A DNA stretch of 64,000 bases from Macrostomum hystrix. Lineage: Eukaryota > Animalia > Platyhelminthes. The notes beneath the pieces are model-generated. The model was not told the origin of the DNA. It worked only from the letters and a program-made list of their open reading frames with translations, and did no database searches. The stretch is taken from positions 868,001-932,000 of the forward strand of contig CATNEN010000011.1 of the NCBI GenBank assembly GCA_950097015.1, written 5' to 3'. This document shows positions 12,727 through 32,645 of the stretch, piece by piece (the stretch's first letter is position 1; each line of letters starts with the position of its first letter). A program made the translations under genes and the position numbers.

Positions 12727-15700
12727 CTAGGTGACAACACTAGCAGTCGCTTCTGGAGCATCCTCAGAAACAGGGGCTGAAGAAGATTCTGCAACAGCAT
12801 CTTGCTGCTGCTGCTGCTTAGTCGCTACCGCAGCCGGCGGTCCATCGGGTCTTTTAAAATCATAGGAGTGCATGACGAGAGTCTTGAGCCAGTCTAGCAT
12901 GCTGCGGTCGTGAACTTCGCCGCGATAAATCTCTGGCATGATGTGGCTGGATCTGAATTCGATCCTAACGGAGACGGTTTAAAATTTATAAATTATAAAT
13001 TAGATTGCTTGCAGAATAAGCAATACCGACTGAATCTAACAGGCAATGAGATCTAGATTAGGATTTGGAATCTAGCCTTGGGATATGAATTCTAGACAAG
13101 GATATGGAATCTAGACTTGGGATTTGGAATCGAGATTAGGATATGGAATCTAGATTGGGATTTGGAATCTAGACTTGGGATATGAATTCCAGACAAGGAT
13201 ATGGAATCTAGATTGGGATTTGGAATCTAGATTTGGGATATGAAATCTAGATTGGGATTTGGAAACTAGATTTGGGATTTGGAATCTAGATTGGGATTTG
13301 GAATCTAGACAAGGATATGGAATCTAGATTGGGATTTGGAATCTAGATTTGGGATATGGAATCTAGATTTGGGATATGGAATCTAGATTGGGATTTGGAA
13401 TCTAGATTTGGGATTTGGAATCTAGATTTGGGATATGGAATCTAGATTTGGGATATGGAATCTAGATTTAGGATATGGAATCTATATTGGGGTTTGGAAT
13501 CTAGATTGGGATTTGGAATCTAGACAAGGATATGAAATCTAGATTGGGATTTGGAATCTAGACAAGGATATGAAATCTAGATTGGGATTTGGAATCTAGA
13601 CAATGATATGGAATCTAGATAGGGATTTGGAATCTAGATTTGGGATATGGAATCTAGATTGGGATTTGGAATCTAGATTTGGGATATGGAATCTAGATTG
13701 GGGTTTGGAATCTAGATTGGGATTTGGAATCTAGATTTGGGATATGGAATCTAGATTGGGATTTGGAATCTAGATTTGGGATATGGAATTTAGACAAGGA
13801 TATGGAATCTAGACAAGGATATGGAATCTAGATAGGGATTTGGAATCTAGATTTGGGATATGGAATCTAGATTGGGATTTGGAATCTAGATTTGGGATAT
13901 GGAATCTAGATTGGGGTTTGGAATCTAGATTGGGATTTGGCATCTAGACAAGGATATGGAATCTAGATTGGGATTTGAAATCTAGACAAGGATATGGAAT
14001 CTAGATTGGGATTTGAAATCTAGACAAGGATATGGAATCTAGATAGGGATTTGGAATCTAGATTTGGGATATGGAATCTAGATTGGGATTTGGAATCTAG
14101 ATTTGGGATATGGAATTTAGACAAGGATATGGAATCTAGACTTTGGATTTGGAATCTAGATTAGGATAAGAAATCTTGATTAGGATCTGGAATCAAGAAT
14201 CTAGATTTGGGATATGGAATCTAGACAAGGATATGGAATCTAGACTTGGATATGGAATCTAGATTTGGGATATGGAATCAAGAATCTAGATTTGGGATAT
14301 GGAATCAAGATTAAGATCTGGAATCAAGAATCTAGATTTTGGATATGGAATCTAGATTGGGATAAGAATGATAGTGGGATGAATCTATGAGATCTATGGG
14401 ATCTAATGGCAAAACAAACTAACAAGCCATATCTGTTACCTTTCAGCTTCGAATCGATCCCAATCGATGGTGGGATAGCCTAGAGGAACGGCATACTTCT
14501 CATTGTAGGCTCCGTAGTGAATGCGATTCAGAAGCAAGCCCAAGCCGGGCGCTTTGGGTACGTCCATTCGCCTGAAATTCAGAGATAAATAATAATAATA
14601 ATAGCTATAATTGATTATACCTGCCCTAATTGGACTAATTGCCCTAATTGTGGGAAGCCACACCCATCAGCTGAGTGAACGGAAGCCATGTAGAGTTAAG
14701 TGTCTTGCTAAAAGACACAAATTGAAGGTCAGTGAAGTCGAGAAGCGAACATCCGACCTTCGTGAAATACTAAATAAATTATTATATACTTCTGATTACA
14801 AACTAAACTCACTTAAACGTAAACACGGCGTCCATAGCGTTTAGCTCGCAATAACCCTTCACAATGGCTACAGCTAGGCCGACCATTTTGCGTATCTGAT
14901 GCAGCATAAAGCTTTGGCCGCGAACGCGCAATTCAACAAATTCAACGTCCTGATGAATGAACGGCTCGCCGACCGTGAACTCGATGACGTAACGATTGCA
15001 AGAGGCGTCGCCAACAGGCCGGCCAGAAGTGAAATTATAATAGTTCTTGGTGCCCTTGTAGCGCGAAAGGCAGTTGCGCAACGACTCCAACTGCTCGGTG
15101 TTGATGCGATAAGAATTGTCTATGGGCCGACTCTTGGACGCGAAAGTGTAGCTTGGACATATGTAGGCGTATTCGCGATGATTAACCCGACCTTTGCATT
15201 GGAAATGCTTTGTAGTTCGAAATAAGTCGAGCAGTTTAATTTCAGCTGGGAGTCGATTGCTCAGGTCTGCTTTCAAGGCGTCAACATCGCTGAGGTCTAG
15301 TCTCATCGACACCACCTTAAACAAAGGAAAATTGAAGGATTTGGTTTAGAAAATTTGGCTACTATAACTTGCAAAATTGTATTTTGAAGGGGGTTCTAGC
15401 CAATGAAGTTGTAGCCTAGTGGTTAGAGCGTCGAACTCACGACCTAAAGGTCGGGAGTTTGATTCCTGACTTTACTTTAACAACTTGTATCCTTTAGCAA
15501 GACACTTAACTCTGCATTGCTTCAGTTCACCCAGCTGTTAAATGAGTAACAGCATTTTCTGGGGTAATTTAGGGTCGGTGTGGCGTCCCCACAGTCCATG
15601 GACAAAGGTGCAATTTCTGTCAATAGCTAACTGCACTTAGTAAACAAGCTAGGAAGACAAGTGGAAAGCAATTCTCACCTGCGCCAAAGCTGAGACACCT

Positions 15701-16092
15701 TTGTCAGTCTTGGATGCCCGTTGAAACTGTAGTTTGCCAGGCGCTGCATACTCGTCATGGCTGATGTGACCGCCAGCCAGTAGGCAGTCAAAAAGTACAC
15801 CTTCAATAGTGCTAAAGCCCATGTTGCGCTGCATACCATAGTAGCCAGAGCCTGAGTACATTAGCATGAGCACAGCCTTCTTCATTTGTTTTCTTCTGAG
15901 AGCAATAGAAGCCTGAGAACTTTCAGGGGCAGTGTCACTGCTCTTGGCAGCTGTGGCTGCATTATCAACTGGTAATACTGATGACTCCAATTTAGCTTGT
16001 TTCAATTCAGGCTCATCAGCAGGTGTATCATTGGCAGTCATTGGGTCAGGTTCAATTGATGAAGAATTTTCTACTTCAACTGATCGCTTCAT
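12727..16092 (-). CDS. PUS1: tRNA/mRNA pseudouridine synthase 1 (TruA family), 4 exons, 428 aa
   Basis: Exons 16092-15679, 15315-14813, 14571-14440, 12964-12727 with phases 0,2,2. Motifs YSGSGYYGMQ, KTDKGVSA (catalytic Asp), REYAY, YKGTKNYYNFT, GQSFMLHQIRKMVG, PKAPGLGL. Confidence 0.92.
13045..14400. repeat. 19/20-bp minisatellite GGAATCTAGATT(T)GGGAT(T/A)T
   Basis: Fills most of PUS1 intron 3. Confidence 0.95.
15405..15610 (+). mobile_element. tRNA-derived SINE, family B (CORE-like central domain)
   Basis: A box TAGCCTAGTGG, B-box variant GTTTGATTC, then CCTTTAGCAAGACACTTAACTCTGCATTGCTTCAGTTCACCCAGCTGTTAAATG and CAGTCCATGGA. Confidence 0.8.
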
Positions 16093-18549
16093 TTTGTTTA
16101 ACTAAAGTTGATTAGTCACAGTTATTTACTGCTTTTGTAAATTTATTATCATAAATTGTACTTGAATTAATTCATAAATTCCCTTGAAATAAACATGTAA
16201 TTTACACAATATATGATATTTTTATCTATGCCGATGTACCTAAGAAGTAAAATTAAAAGCTCAATAAATAAATAGCTTTTTTATTGAAGCATCACACAGA
16301 CAACCAATCTCTATAGCAATTATCAGCAAAAGAGCTCTATAATGCAGATTGCCATATTTATTTAGCTATTTAGTATACATAAAATCTGAATTATCATTTA
16401 TTGTATAGAGGGGCACTGGCATAATTAAAACTGGTACCTGGACACTTTTGTCATCTTACAACTTCCTCATCCAGATGACAATCTGTCCAATATCTTAGAG
16501 GGTGGATGACGAAGAGACTTAGACTTGTGTTTTATCATTTATAAAACAAAAGTTTTCAAAGTTAGAACAGAAACACCCCTCCTCACATTGTGTTGGCACC
16601 TATCTTTCAACTCATAATGAAATCAGTTTTTTACACATATTTTTGACAATTCAGAGTGTGAAGTGTGTTCACACCTCTGCCCCACCACCCTACCCTCACT
16701 TTATTGATGACGAACTTGATTACTTGTTATTAGTAGATAACAAACTGACCAAACTTTGAAGCATGCCAATTGGCTAGATGACGAAGTGTCCTACCTTCCA
16801 AGTGGATAACAAAGTTGTAAGATGACAAAGTGTCTAGGATCTGCTTGAACGTTGCCGGTAGTGTCTGTAAAGACGGTCAAATATTGTGTCAATCCAATAT
16901 ACTAAAACTCCTTTTAAATTATACTACTATATTGCACAAGTATACTATGTTGTGGAACGCGCAAACTTGTTTGTTTTTTGTTTTATTGAATATTGCTTTT
17001 TTCGATGCATATATATCTCGAGCATTTTTGTTGAAATTGATTGTTTGCAGGAATATAATTTAGGAATTGAACTTCTTACCTACCATGCCTAGAGTACCTT
17101 ACAAAAATACATGTAGCGCTGTGCAATTACTTTATATACATGTATGTTAGTGTATCCAACATAGACAATCTCGGATCCACAACACAGTATATACTTGTGA
17201 GTTTTAGTATATTGTAAAAGAAATATCAACACAATATTTGACCGACTTTACGGACACTACCGGCAACATTTGAGCTTACCTTATGTACATGTATCAAATC
17301 ATGTTGCATTTAAAGCCCATTGTTCAGAGACAACCACCGTGCCCCTAGGCATATGAGTGGTAGATTACTAGGAACACAGCCACCATGTCCCCATGCACAG
17401 AGCTAGGGACACGGCGGCCATGCCGCAAGTCCACACAGCTAAAGAGACAGCTGCCGTGGCTCTAGGCACAGAGTAGTGTGGTAGCTTAGACATAGAGTTA
17501 GAGGCACTGCCGCCATGTCCCTAGTCATGGCAAATAAAAAAAGTGGCAGGACTAAATTTTTATCTTTTAACAAATCTAGACTCTAACTTAAAGCCTCATT
17601 GGGATTTTGGATTTAAAATTATTTACCAGATTAAATAGAAAAATAATATTGAAAATAAAACAGTAGCCTAGATCTAGGACTAGGCCTAGGTGTAGCAATG
17701 TTTTTAGGTACAATATTGTTGAAGCCAAGAACACAACACAGGGATCATGTATGAATTTTTTGTTTAACTTTGTAAATATTATAATCTTAAACCTCTGCGT
17801 TTGCATTTTTGTAAGCAAAAATTAAGTGCAAGGCAAGCTAGCTAGGCCTGTACACATAAATCAGCATGGCACAGAGCTGACTTGGCTTGGGCTCTTTACT
17901 TTTATCTTGTTCTGAGTAAGTTAAGCTAAAAATATATAACTGCACTCATAGCTAGGGAAATATTCAGACTAATAAGTTATAAATTATTTAATTTTTTATA
18001 TTGAAATTTTCTTTTAGAAAAACTGCCTTTTTAGAGAAGACAACAGCTCTAAAATTAAATATTAAAGTACATACATTTCAAAATAAGCTCTTTTCTTCAA
18101 AACATGCGCAATGAACACTATAAAAATAGGTCTTTAGGAATGGGAAGAATGATTTTTCTCCTAGTAGGGCCTAGTCCTTGCCTTTTTCTAGTGGTTGTTC
18201 TCCTTGAACACGCCGCGCAAGATACGTTTCGTAGAAAGCAGAGAGCCATGTTACTTTTTAAAGAAATGGGTCATTTGGTTTAACACAGTTTCAAAATTAA
18301 TTAAAAGTTATGTCTAAGGAACTTGCAATTTACTATCTAGGAATTAAAATAAAATTATTATAATTTATTACTAGCTTTTGACTTTCCAACGTTTATTTTT
18401 TAAGCGGCCAATCAAATCAGGTCCAATCCTGTTCCCGCTCGGGTGGACCTCCTCCTCCGCTATTTATATTCCCTATAGCCTATACCAACACTAGGGTATC
18501 TGGTCCGCCAGCATTAAAATTCTAAGCCTAAAAATCTAAGTAAAAAATC
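16093..18549. promoter_or_regulatory. Divergent (head-to-head) intergenic region of PUS1 and PFKFB
   Basis: Start codons face away from each other 2.46 kb apart; tandem CCAAT motifs at about 18408-18428. Confidence 0.4.
16437..16838. mobile_element. MITE-like element with about 28-bp imperfect TIRs
   Basis: CCTGGACACTTTTGTCATCTTACAACTT versus AAGTTGTAAGATGACAAAGTGTCTAGG, plus internal GATGACRAA repeats; no clear TSD. Confidence 0.65.
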
Positions 18550-25858
<7,309 letters not shown>

Positions 25859-27129
25859 ACTCTCTTGATTTGTTATAGTTAAGTTCGTTTTACAGACTCC
25901 TTATATGGTGATCATTTGTTTTACCTCTGCCCTAAACTGCACGCTTTTGTTATATCTGCGGCCTCCCCTGTCGCGCGTAGACAATAGAGTCGAAATTATT
26001 TTAGTCTTACTACTCGCACGGTAAGTAGAATTGGTAGCGCACGCTAGACTATTTGCTGTTTACTATTTGTTATTAACTTTTATTGTTCATTGCGCTTTAC
26101 GGATTGACGTAGTTTTTGGCTTTCAATAGAGAATCTGTCGTATCTGTCTGTCTCTATTAAGAGGGCAGAAGTTCGAATTTTGGTTATATTTAAGTGTGTA
26201 TAACTGGGCCCCTTCGAATTCATAGAATGAAGAGCTGTACGCAGATTAATTATTGTGCACAGCATGTTAATTTGACCCAACAATTAATTAGTACCTATGA
26301 ATTAGTAGTTTCTATGTTTATCGTATCTTTTCGATCAGTAAAAATCTAACTTGCGCAAAACCCACAGTTTCACATGTAACTTGTCTGTGATTCAATGTGA
26401 TAAACAAAGAATTTTTATTTTCAATTAGTTTATTCTTTTCGTTTCTGATATAAGTTTTAACATTGAAATTGGCTAAGCAAAACCTGGCTTTAAATCATAT
26501 TTTATCCTTTTTTATAATAAAATTTCCTGTAAAACTCCTGCTCTTGCTTGCTGCTAGTAGTATATATGTGTGTGTGTTTTTTATTCCAATTTTTAGTCAG
26601 AAAGCAGTGCTTCACTTTTGCTCTTGACCTGTAATATTATTAGTATTCTACTATTGGACAGTAATCTGTTAATCCAATTAGCAACACAATTTGAAGCATT
26701 TTGCTTACAAAATCACGTTCTTTAATTTGCTCTTTAATTGGTTTATTTCTGCAAGCATAGTAGTTGCACACTTGAAATTTTATTCAATAAATATTTATCT
26801 ATGCGTTTAGAAAAATGATTCTAACTGTTCTTCATTGCTGAGTTGTTCTCTACTTGAGGCCATCCAACGTTTTTATTTATAGTAAGCGTTTATTAACTAT
26901 AAAATCTTGTTGTTTTATTCAAAATCAGTGCGTATTCTATTACAAAGTCGCGTTCCTTAAATTTCGAACAAATAGACTACTCGGGAACCAATAATGAGCT
27001 GAGTTTTAATTCGAATTATTGCTCCCTATCAAACAGAAAGGAACATCGTGTGTTCAGGTGTTCTTTGTTCCTGCTTTCGTTGATGGCACAAAGTCTCGGC
27101 CTGTCTATCTTTTAAGCAGGGAGAGTTTC

Positions 27130-30100
27130 CTCCACCCCAAATCCATGGTACTGTTACCCCCCACCACAAATCAATGGTGGCATTCCCCCCACCACAAATC
27201 AATGGTGCCGTTCCCCCCACCACAAATCAATGGTGGCATTCCCCCACCACAAATCAATGGTGGCGTTCCCTCCCCCACAAATCAATGGTGGCGTTCCCCC
27301 ACCACAAATCAATGGTGGCGTTCCCCCCACCACAAATCAATGGTGGCGTTCCCCCCACCACAAATCAATGGTGGCGTTCCCCCCACCACAAATCAATGGC
27401 AGCGTTCCCCCCACCACAAATCAATGGTGGCGTTCCCCCCACCACAAATCAATGGTAGCGTTCCCTCCCCCACAAATCAATGGTAGCGCTTCCTCCCCCA
27501 CAAATCAATGGTAGCGTTCCCCCCACCACAAATCAATGGTGGCGTTCCCCCCACCACAAATCAATGGTAGCGTTCCCTCCCCCACAAATCAATGGTAGCG
27601 CTTCCTCCCCCACAAATCAATGGTAGCGTTCCCCCCACCACAAATCAATGGTGGCATTCCCCCCACCACAAATCAATGGTGTCGTTCCCCCCACCACAAA
27701 TCAATGGTGTCGTTCCCCCCACCACAAATCAATGGTGGCGTTCCCCCCACCACAAATCAATGGTAGCGTTCCCTCCCCCACAAATCAATGGTAGCGCTTC
27801 CTCCCCCACAAATCAATGGTAGCGCTTCCTCCCCCAAAAATCCATGGTAGCGTTTCCTCCACCACAAATCCATTGTAGCGTTCCCTCCACCACAAATCCA
27901 TTGTAGCGTTCCCTCCACCACAAATCAATGGTAGCGTTCCCTCCACTACACACCCATCGTAGCGTTTCCTCCACCACAAATCCATTGTAGCGTTCCCGCC
28001 ACCACAAATCAATGGCAGCGTTCCCGCCACCACAAATCAATGGTAGCGTTCCCGCCACCACAAATCCATGGTAGCTTTGCCTCCACCGCAAATCAATGGT
28101 AGCTTTGCCTCCACCACAAATCAATGGTAGTTTTGCCTCGACCACAGATCAATGGTAGCTTTGCCTCCACCACAAATCAATGGTAGCTTTGCCTCCACCA
28201 CAAATCAATGGTAGCTTTGCCGCCACCTCAAATCAATGGTAGCGTTCCCTCCACCTCAAATCAATGGTAGCTTTGCCTCCACCTCAAATCAATGGTAGCT
28301 TTGCCTCCACCTCAAATCAATGGTAGCTTTGCCGCCACCTCAAATCAATGGTAGCTTTGCCTCCACCACAAATCAATGGTAGCTTTGCCTCCACCTCAAA
28401 TCAATGGTAGCGTTCCCTCCACCTCAAATCAATGGTAGCTTTGCCTCCACCTCAAATCAATGGTAGCTTTGCCTCCACCTCAAATCAATGGTAGCTTTGC
28501 CGCCACCTCAAATCAATGGTAGCTTTGCCTCCACCTCAAATCAATGGTAGCTTTGCCTCCACCTCAAATCAATGGTAGCTTTGCCTCCACCTCAAATCAA
28601 TGGTGGCATTCCCCCCACCACAAATCAATGGTGGCATTCCCCCACCACAAATCAATGGTGGCGTTCCCCCCACCACAAATCAATGGTGGCGTTCCCCCCA
28701 CCACAAATCAATGGTGGCGTTCCCCCCACCACAAATCAATGGTGGCGTTCCCCCCACCACAAATCAATGGTGGCGTTCCCCCCACCACAAATCAATGGTA
28801 GCGTTCCCTCCCCCACAAATCAATGGTAGCGCTTCCTCCCCCCAAATCAATGGTAGCGTTCCCCCCACCACAAATCAATGGTGTCGTTCCCCCCACCACA
28901 AATCAATGGTGTCGTTCCCCCCACCACAAATCAATGGTGGCGTTCCCCCCACCACAAATCAATGGTAGCGTTCCCTCCCCCACAAATCAATGGTAGCGCT
29001 TCCTCCCCCACAAATCAATGGTAGCGCTTCCTCCCCCACAAATCCATGGTAGCGTTTCCTCCACCACAAATCCATTGTAGCGTTCCCTCCACCACAAATC
29101 CATTGTAGCGTTCCCTCCACCACAAATCAATGGTAGCGTTCCCTCCACTACACACCCATCGTAGCGTTTCCTCCACCACAAATCCATTGTAGCGTTCCCG
29201 CCACCACAAATCAATGGCAGCGTTCCCGCCACCACAAATCAATGGTAGCGTTCCCGCCACCACAAATCCATGGTAGCTTTGCCTCCACCGCAAATCAATG
29301 GTAGCTTTGCCTCCACCACAAATCAATGGTAGTTTTGCCTCCACCACAGATCAATGGTAGCTTTGCCTCCACCACAAATCAATGGTAGCTTTGCCTCCAC
29401 CACAAATCAATGGTAGCTTTGCCGCCACCTCAAATCAATGGTAGCTTTGCCTCCACCTCAAATCAATGGTAGCGTTCCCTCCACCTCAAATCAATGGTAG
29501 CTTTGCCTCCACCACAAATCAATGGTAGCTTTGCCTCCACCACAAATCAATGGTAGCTTTGCCTCCACCACAAATCAATGGTAGCTTTGCCTCCACCACA
29601 AATCAATGGTAGCGTTCCCTCCACCTCAAATCAATGGTAGCTTTGCGTCCACCACAAATCAATGGTAGCTTTGCCGCCACCTCAAATCAATGGTAGCTTT
29701 GCCGCCACCTCAAATCAATGGTAGCTTTGCCTCCACCACAAATCAATGGTAGCTTTGCCGCCACCTCAAATCAATGGTAGCTTTGCCTCCACCACAAATC
29801 AATGGTAGCTTTGCCTCCACCTCAAATCAATGGTAGCTTTGCCTCCACCACAAATCAATGGTAGCTTTGCCTCCACCACAAATCAATGGTAGCTTTGCCG
29901 CCACCTCAAATCAATGGTAGCTTTGCCTCCACCTCAAATCAATGGTAGCTTTGCCTCCACCACAAATCAATGGTAGCTTTGCCTCCACCACAAATCAATG
30001 GTGGCTTTGCCGCCACCTCAAATCAATGGTAGCTTTGCCTCCACCACAAATCAATGGTAGCTTTGCCGCCACCTCAAATCAATGGTAGCTTTGCCTCCAC

Positions 30101-30380
30101 CACAAATCAATGGTAGCTTTGCCTCCACCTCAAATCAATGGTAGCTTTGCCTCCACCACAAATCAATGGTAGCTTTGCCTCCACCACAAATCAATGGTAG
30201 CTTTGCCGCCACCTCAAATCAATGGTAGCTTTGCCTCCACCACAAATCAATGGTAGCTTTGCCTCCACCACAAATCAATGGTAGCTTTGCCTCCACCACA
30301 AATCAATGGTAGTTTTGCCTCCACCACAAATCAATGGTAGCTTTGCCTCCACCTCAAATCAATGGTAGCGTTCCCTCCCC
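27130..30380. repeat. 28-bp satellite CCACCACAAATCAATGGTAGCTTTGCCT with a higher-order duplication
   Basis: More than 110 units; a block of variant units recurs at a 1202-bp offset. Confidence 0.97.
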
Positions 30381-31019
30381 TGCGAATCCTTGTTGGCGAA
30401 CGCCTTCCAATCTGAATTGTAGTAGAAGTCTCTGTTACATTTGCACTATTTATTAAGACGAAATTAACACGAACACACAATATTCTTGCCGTAAAACAAT
30501 AGCACGTGGATTTTCTGATATAGTTAATTCGGAAAGAAGGCCACTAGATATGATTCTGAATAAATATCCGATATAACTGGCACTCTACTACATGACTGGT
30601 GTACCAAATCACAAATCATGCAAGTCAAGCAAGACATTGTGGAAATGAATAGTTAATTCTATAATCGGAATCGTCGGAAGAATTGTCGGAATCTGTTGAG
30701 TCTAGCACTGAAGTGCATGAGCATAGTAGCTGTAGCTAGTTGGCAGCTAAAGCAAAAGAATATTTATGCAGTTGGGATTTCCGATAAGGACCGTTTACCT
30801 TCTCAAATAACCCGCGAGATCTTCAGCGCGTTCGTGAGTAGCAATCGCGTGTGAATTGAGGATAAATATGTGGGCACTGGCAACTTGTTATTCTAATTGC
30901 TGTTATTGGACCAATCAGAATGGGACGTCTGGCATCCCAGCCAATATATTTAACTGCTCTGGAGAGGGATTGCGAACTGTGCTGAAACACGTGAATTGCA
31001 TGCGCTCAAGACTACTGTG

Positions 31020-32499
31020 ATGGCTTCTGCAGGTTTCGGCGTCAAGGTATTTTAAACTCGACAGTTCGTACTATTTGGGGTCAGTGGCATAGCGAGTCTA
31101 ACACGTTTGCCTCTCGCACCAAGGTCCCTGAGCTCGAGTCCGTGGCGACGCCGCATTTATTTGAGGCGCAGCCGCGGAGAGAAGGCTTGGGGGCTCGTCT
31201 TGCAATTTGCGCCCTTGAGGGCCAACCTCCAAAGCATAGTGAGACTGTACACTGCCTGACGATGAGAAAGTCAGGGCAGATGTACGCACCTGTGTGAGCG
31301 TGTGCCTGTGTGCTCAGGAGTCAGCGAAATTGTCAGAATTGCCTCTTCGCTGGCTGGGGGTCTAGTGTCAACAAATGATGTGCCATTTCCCGCAGCCCTC
31401 CTGCAATAAATTTTTTTTCGTGTTCTAGTGCAAGATGGGGGTCACATGGGGGGCTGCAGTGGCCGCCCTGCAACGCATGTTTTGGCGACAGTCGACAAGC
31501 AGCAATTGCGATATAATGGGCCCATCCCACTGACACCTGAGGACACACTCACGCACGGTAGGTACGTATACACTCTGTACACTCTTACAGTGCCCTTGGG
31601 GTGGGTAGCGGAGGTGGCCCTAATATGTGTAAATTGCACAAGAAATTAATGTGGCCTTGCCGCGGACTCAAGCTCTAGATCTTTGATGCGAGTGAAGGAT
31701 ATGCCAATCAACCAGCAGGCCCTAAACATTTTACTAGCCTCAACAAGCCTCGCTGCTGCTGCTGCTGCTGCTCAATCCACAATGGTCAACGGAGGCCTGC
31801 CCAGCCGGCTTCTACAGCACAATGGACCGCTGCCTGCTGTTCAACGGGACCGCCAGGGTCAACTGGTGCGGCGCCAATCGAGCCTGCGCCAATCTCGGCG
31901 CCGAGCTGCTCACCAGTTGGGCATTGCTCCAGAGTCTGAGCAGTATCATACCAAACACCTTCGCCTGGGTGGGAGTCAGCGACCTGGCTGACGAGCGCGG
32001 CAAAAGCAACTCAGGCTGGCAGCTGGTGAACGGGCGGGGCAGCCTGCCAGCCAGCTCGAGTCTGTGGATTCACGGAGATCCTAACAATTCTGGCGGCGAT
32101 CAGGACTGCATGATGCTCAGCCACGACTCCAGCCACAATGCCATGATTGACAAGCAGTGTGACTACAATGGGGCCGGCTACGTGTGCGAAATTGCAGACG
32201 GACCGATCGGCTCCAACACCTGCGGCGGCGGCGGCAGTGGCGGCGGCGGTCAAGTTCGTTGGAGGCCGGCACCACCTCCTACGTCCAACGCCGTCAACAG
32301 TCCCAGCCAGTACTGCTTCACCGAGCTGACCAACCTTGCCACCCTGCGCGACTGCGCCATGCAGGCCGGTTTCCGACCACACAGCCGGAGCTTCTTCTAC
32401 AACAAGGCCAATGGAACCTGTCACGTGATTGAGTTCACCGACTCGCAGACTCAGCTGGCTCTGGAGCCGGCAATCTGGGTCAAGTATATAAAAGGCTAG
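31020..32499 (+). CDS. Secreted C-type lectin domain protein with a C-terminal PAN/Apple-like domain, 2 exons, 262 aa
   Basis: Exon 1 31020-31046 (MASAGFGVK, GT follows) joins in phase 0 to exon 2 31738-32499. This gives the signal peptide ...PQQASLLLLLLLNPQWSTEA, then CPAGF..DRCLLF, WVGVSD, GDPNNSGGDQDC and YVCE. The C-terminal C..C..RSFFYNKANGTC pattern is PAN-like. CCAAT motifs lie upstream (30909-30946). Confidence 0.8.
31076..31415 (+). mobile_element. tRNA-derived SINE, family A, in the lectin gene intron
   Basis: Colinear with 7372-7750 over about 330 bp. Confidence 0.85.
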
Positions 32500-32509
32500 G
32501 GCGTCTGTC

Positions 32510-32645
32510 TCACAGCTTGAAGATCGGGGGTTCGATTCCTGACTCTGCCGAAACAGTTTTTGTCCTTAAATATGCAGTATGGCTTTAGTTCGCACCAGCT
32601 TTTCAATTGGTACCTGAGTTAGCAGGGGTAATTAATGGCCAGACC
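32510..32645 (+). mobile_element. Degenerate SINE family B fragment directly after the lectin stop codon
   Basis: GGTTCGATTCCTGACT B box and a decayed core. Confidence 0.5.

Noticed and set aside
27019-29347. Pro-rich PPPQINGG ORFs
   Set aside because: The unit is 28 bp, not a multiple of 3, so frames cycle; non-coding satellite.
31683-31991. ORF with a poly-Ala leader as the lectin N-terminus
   Set aside because: Wrong frame. The lectin frame gives a poly-Leu signal peptide after the acceptor at 31737.
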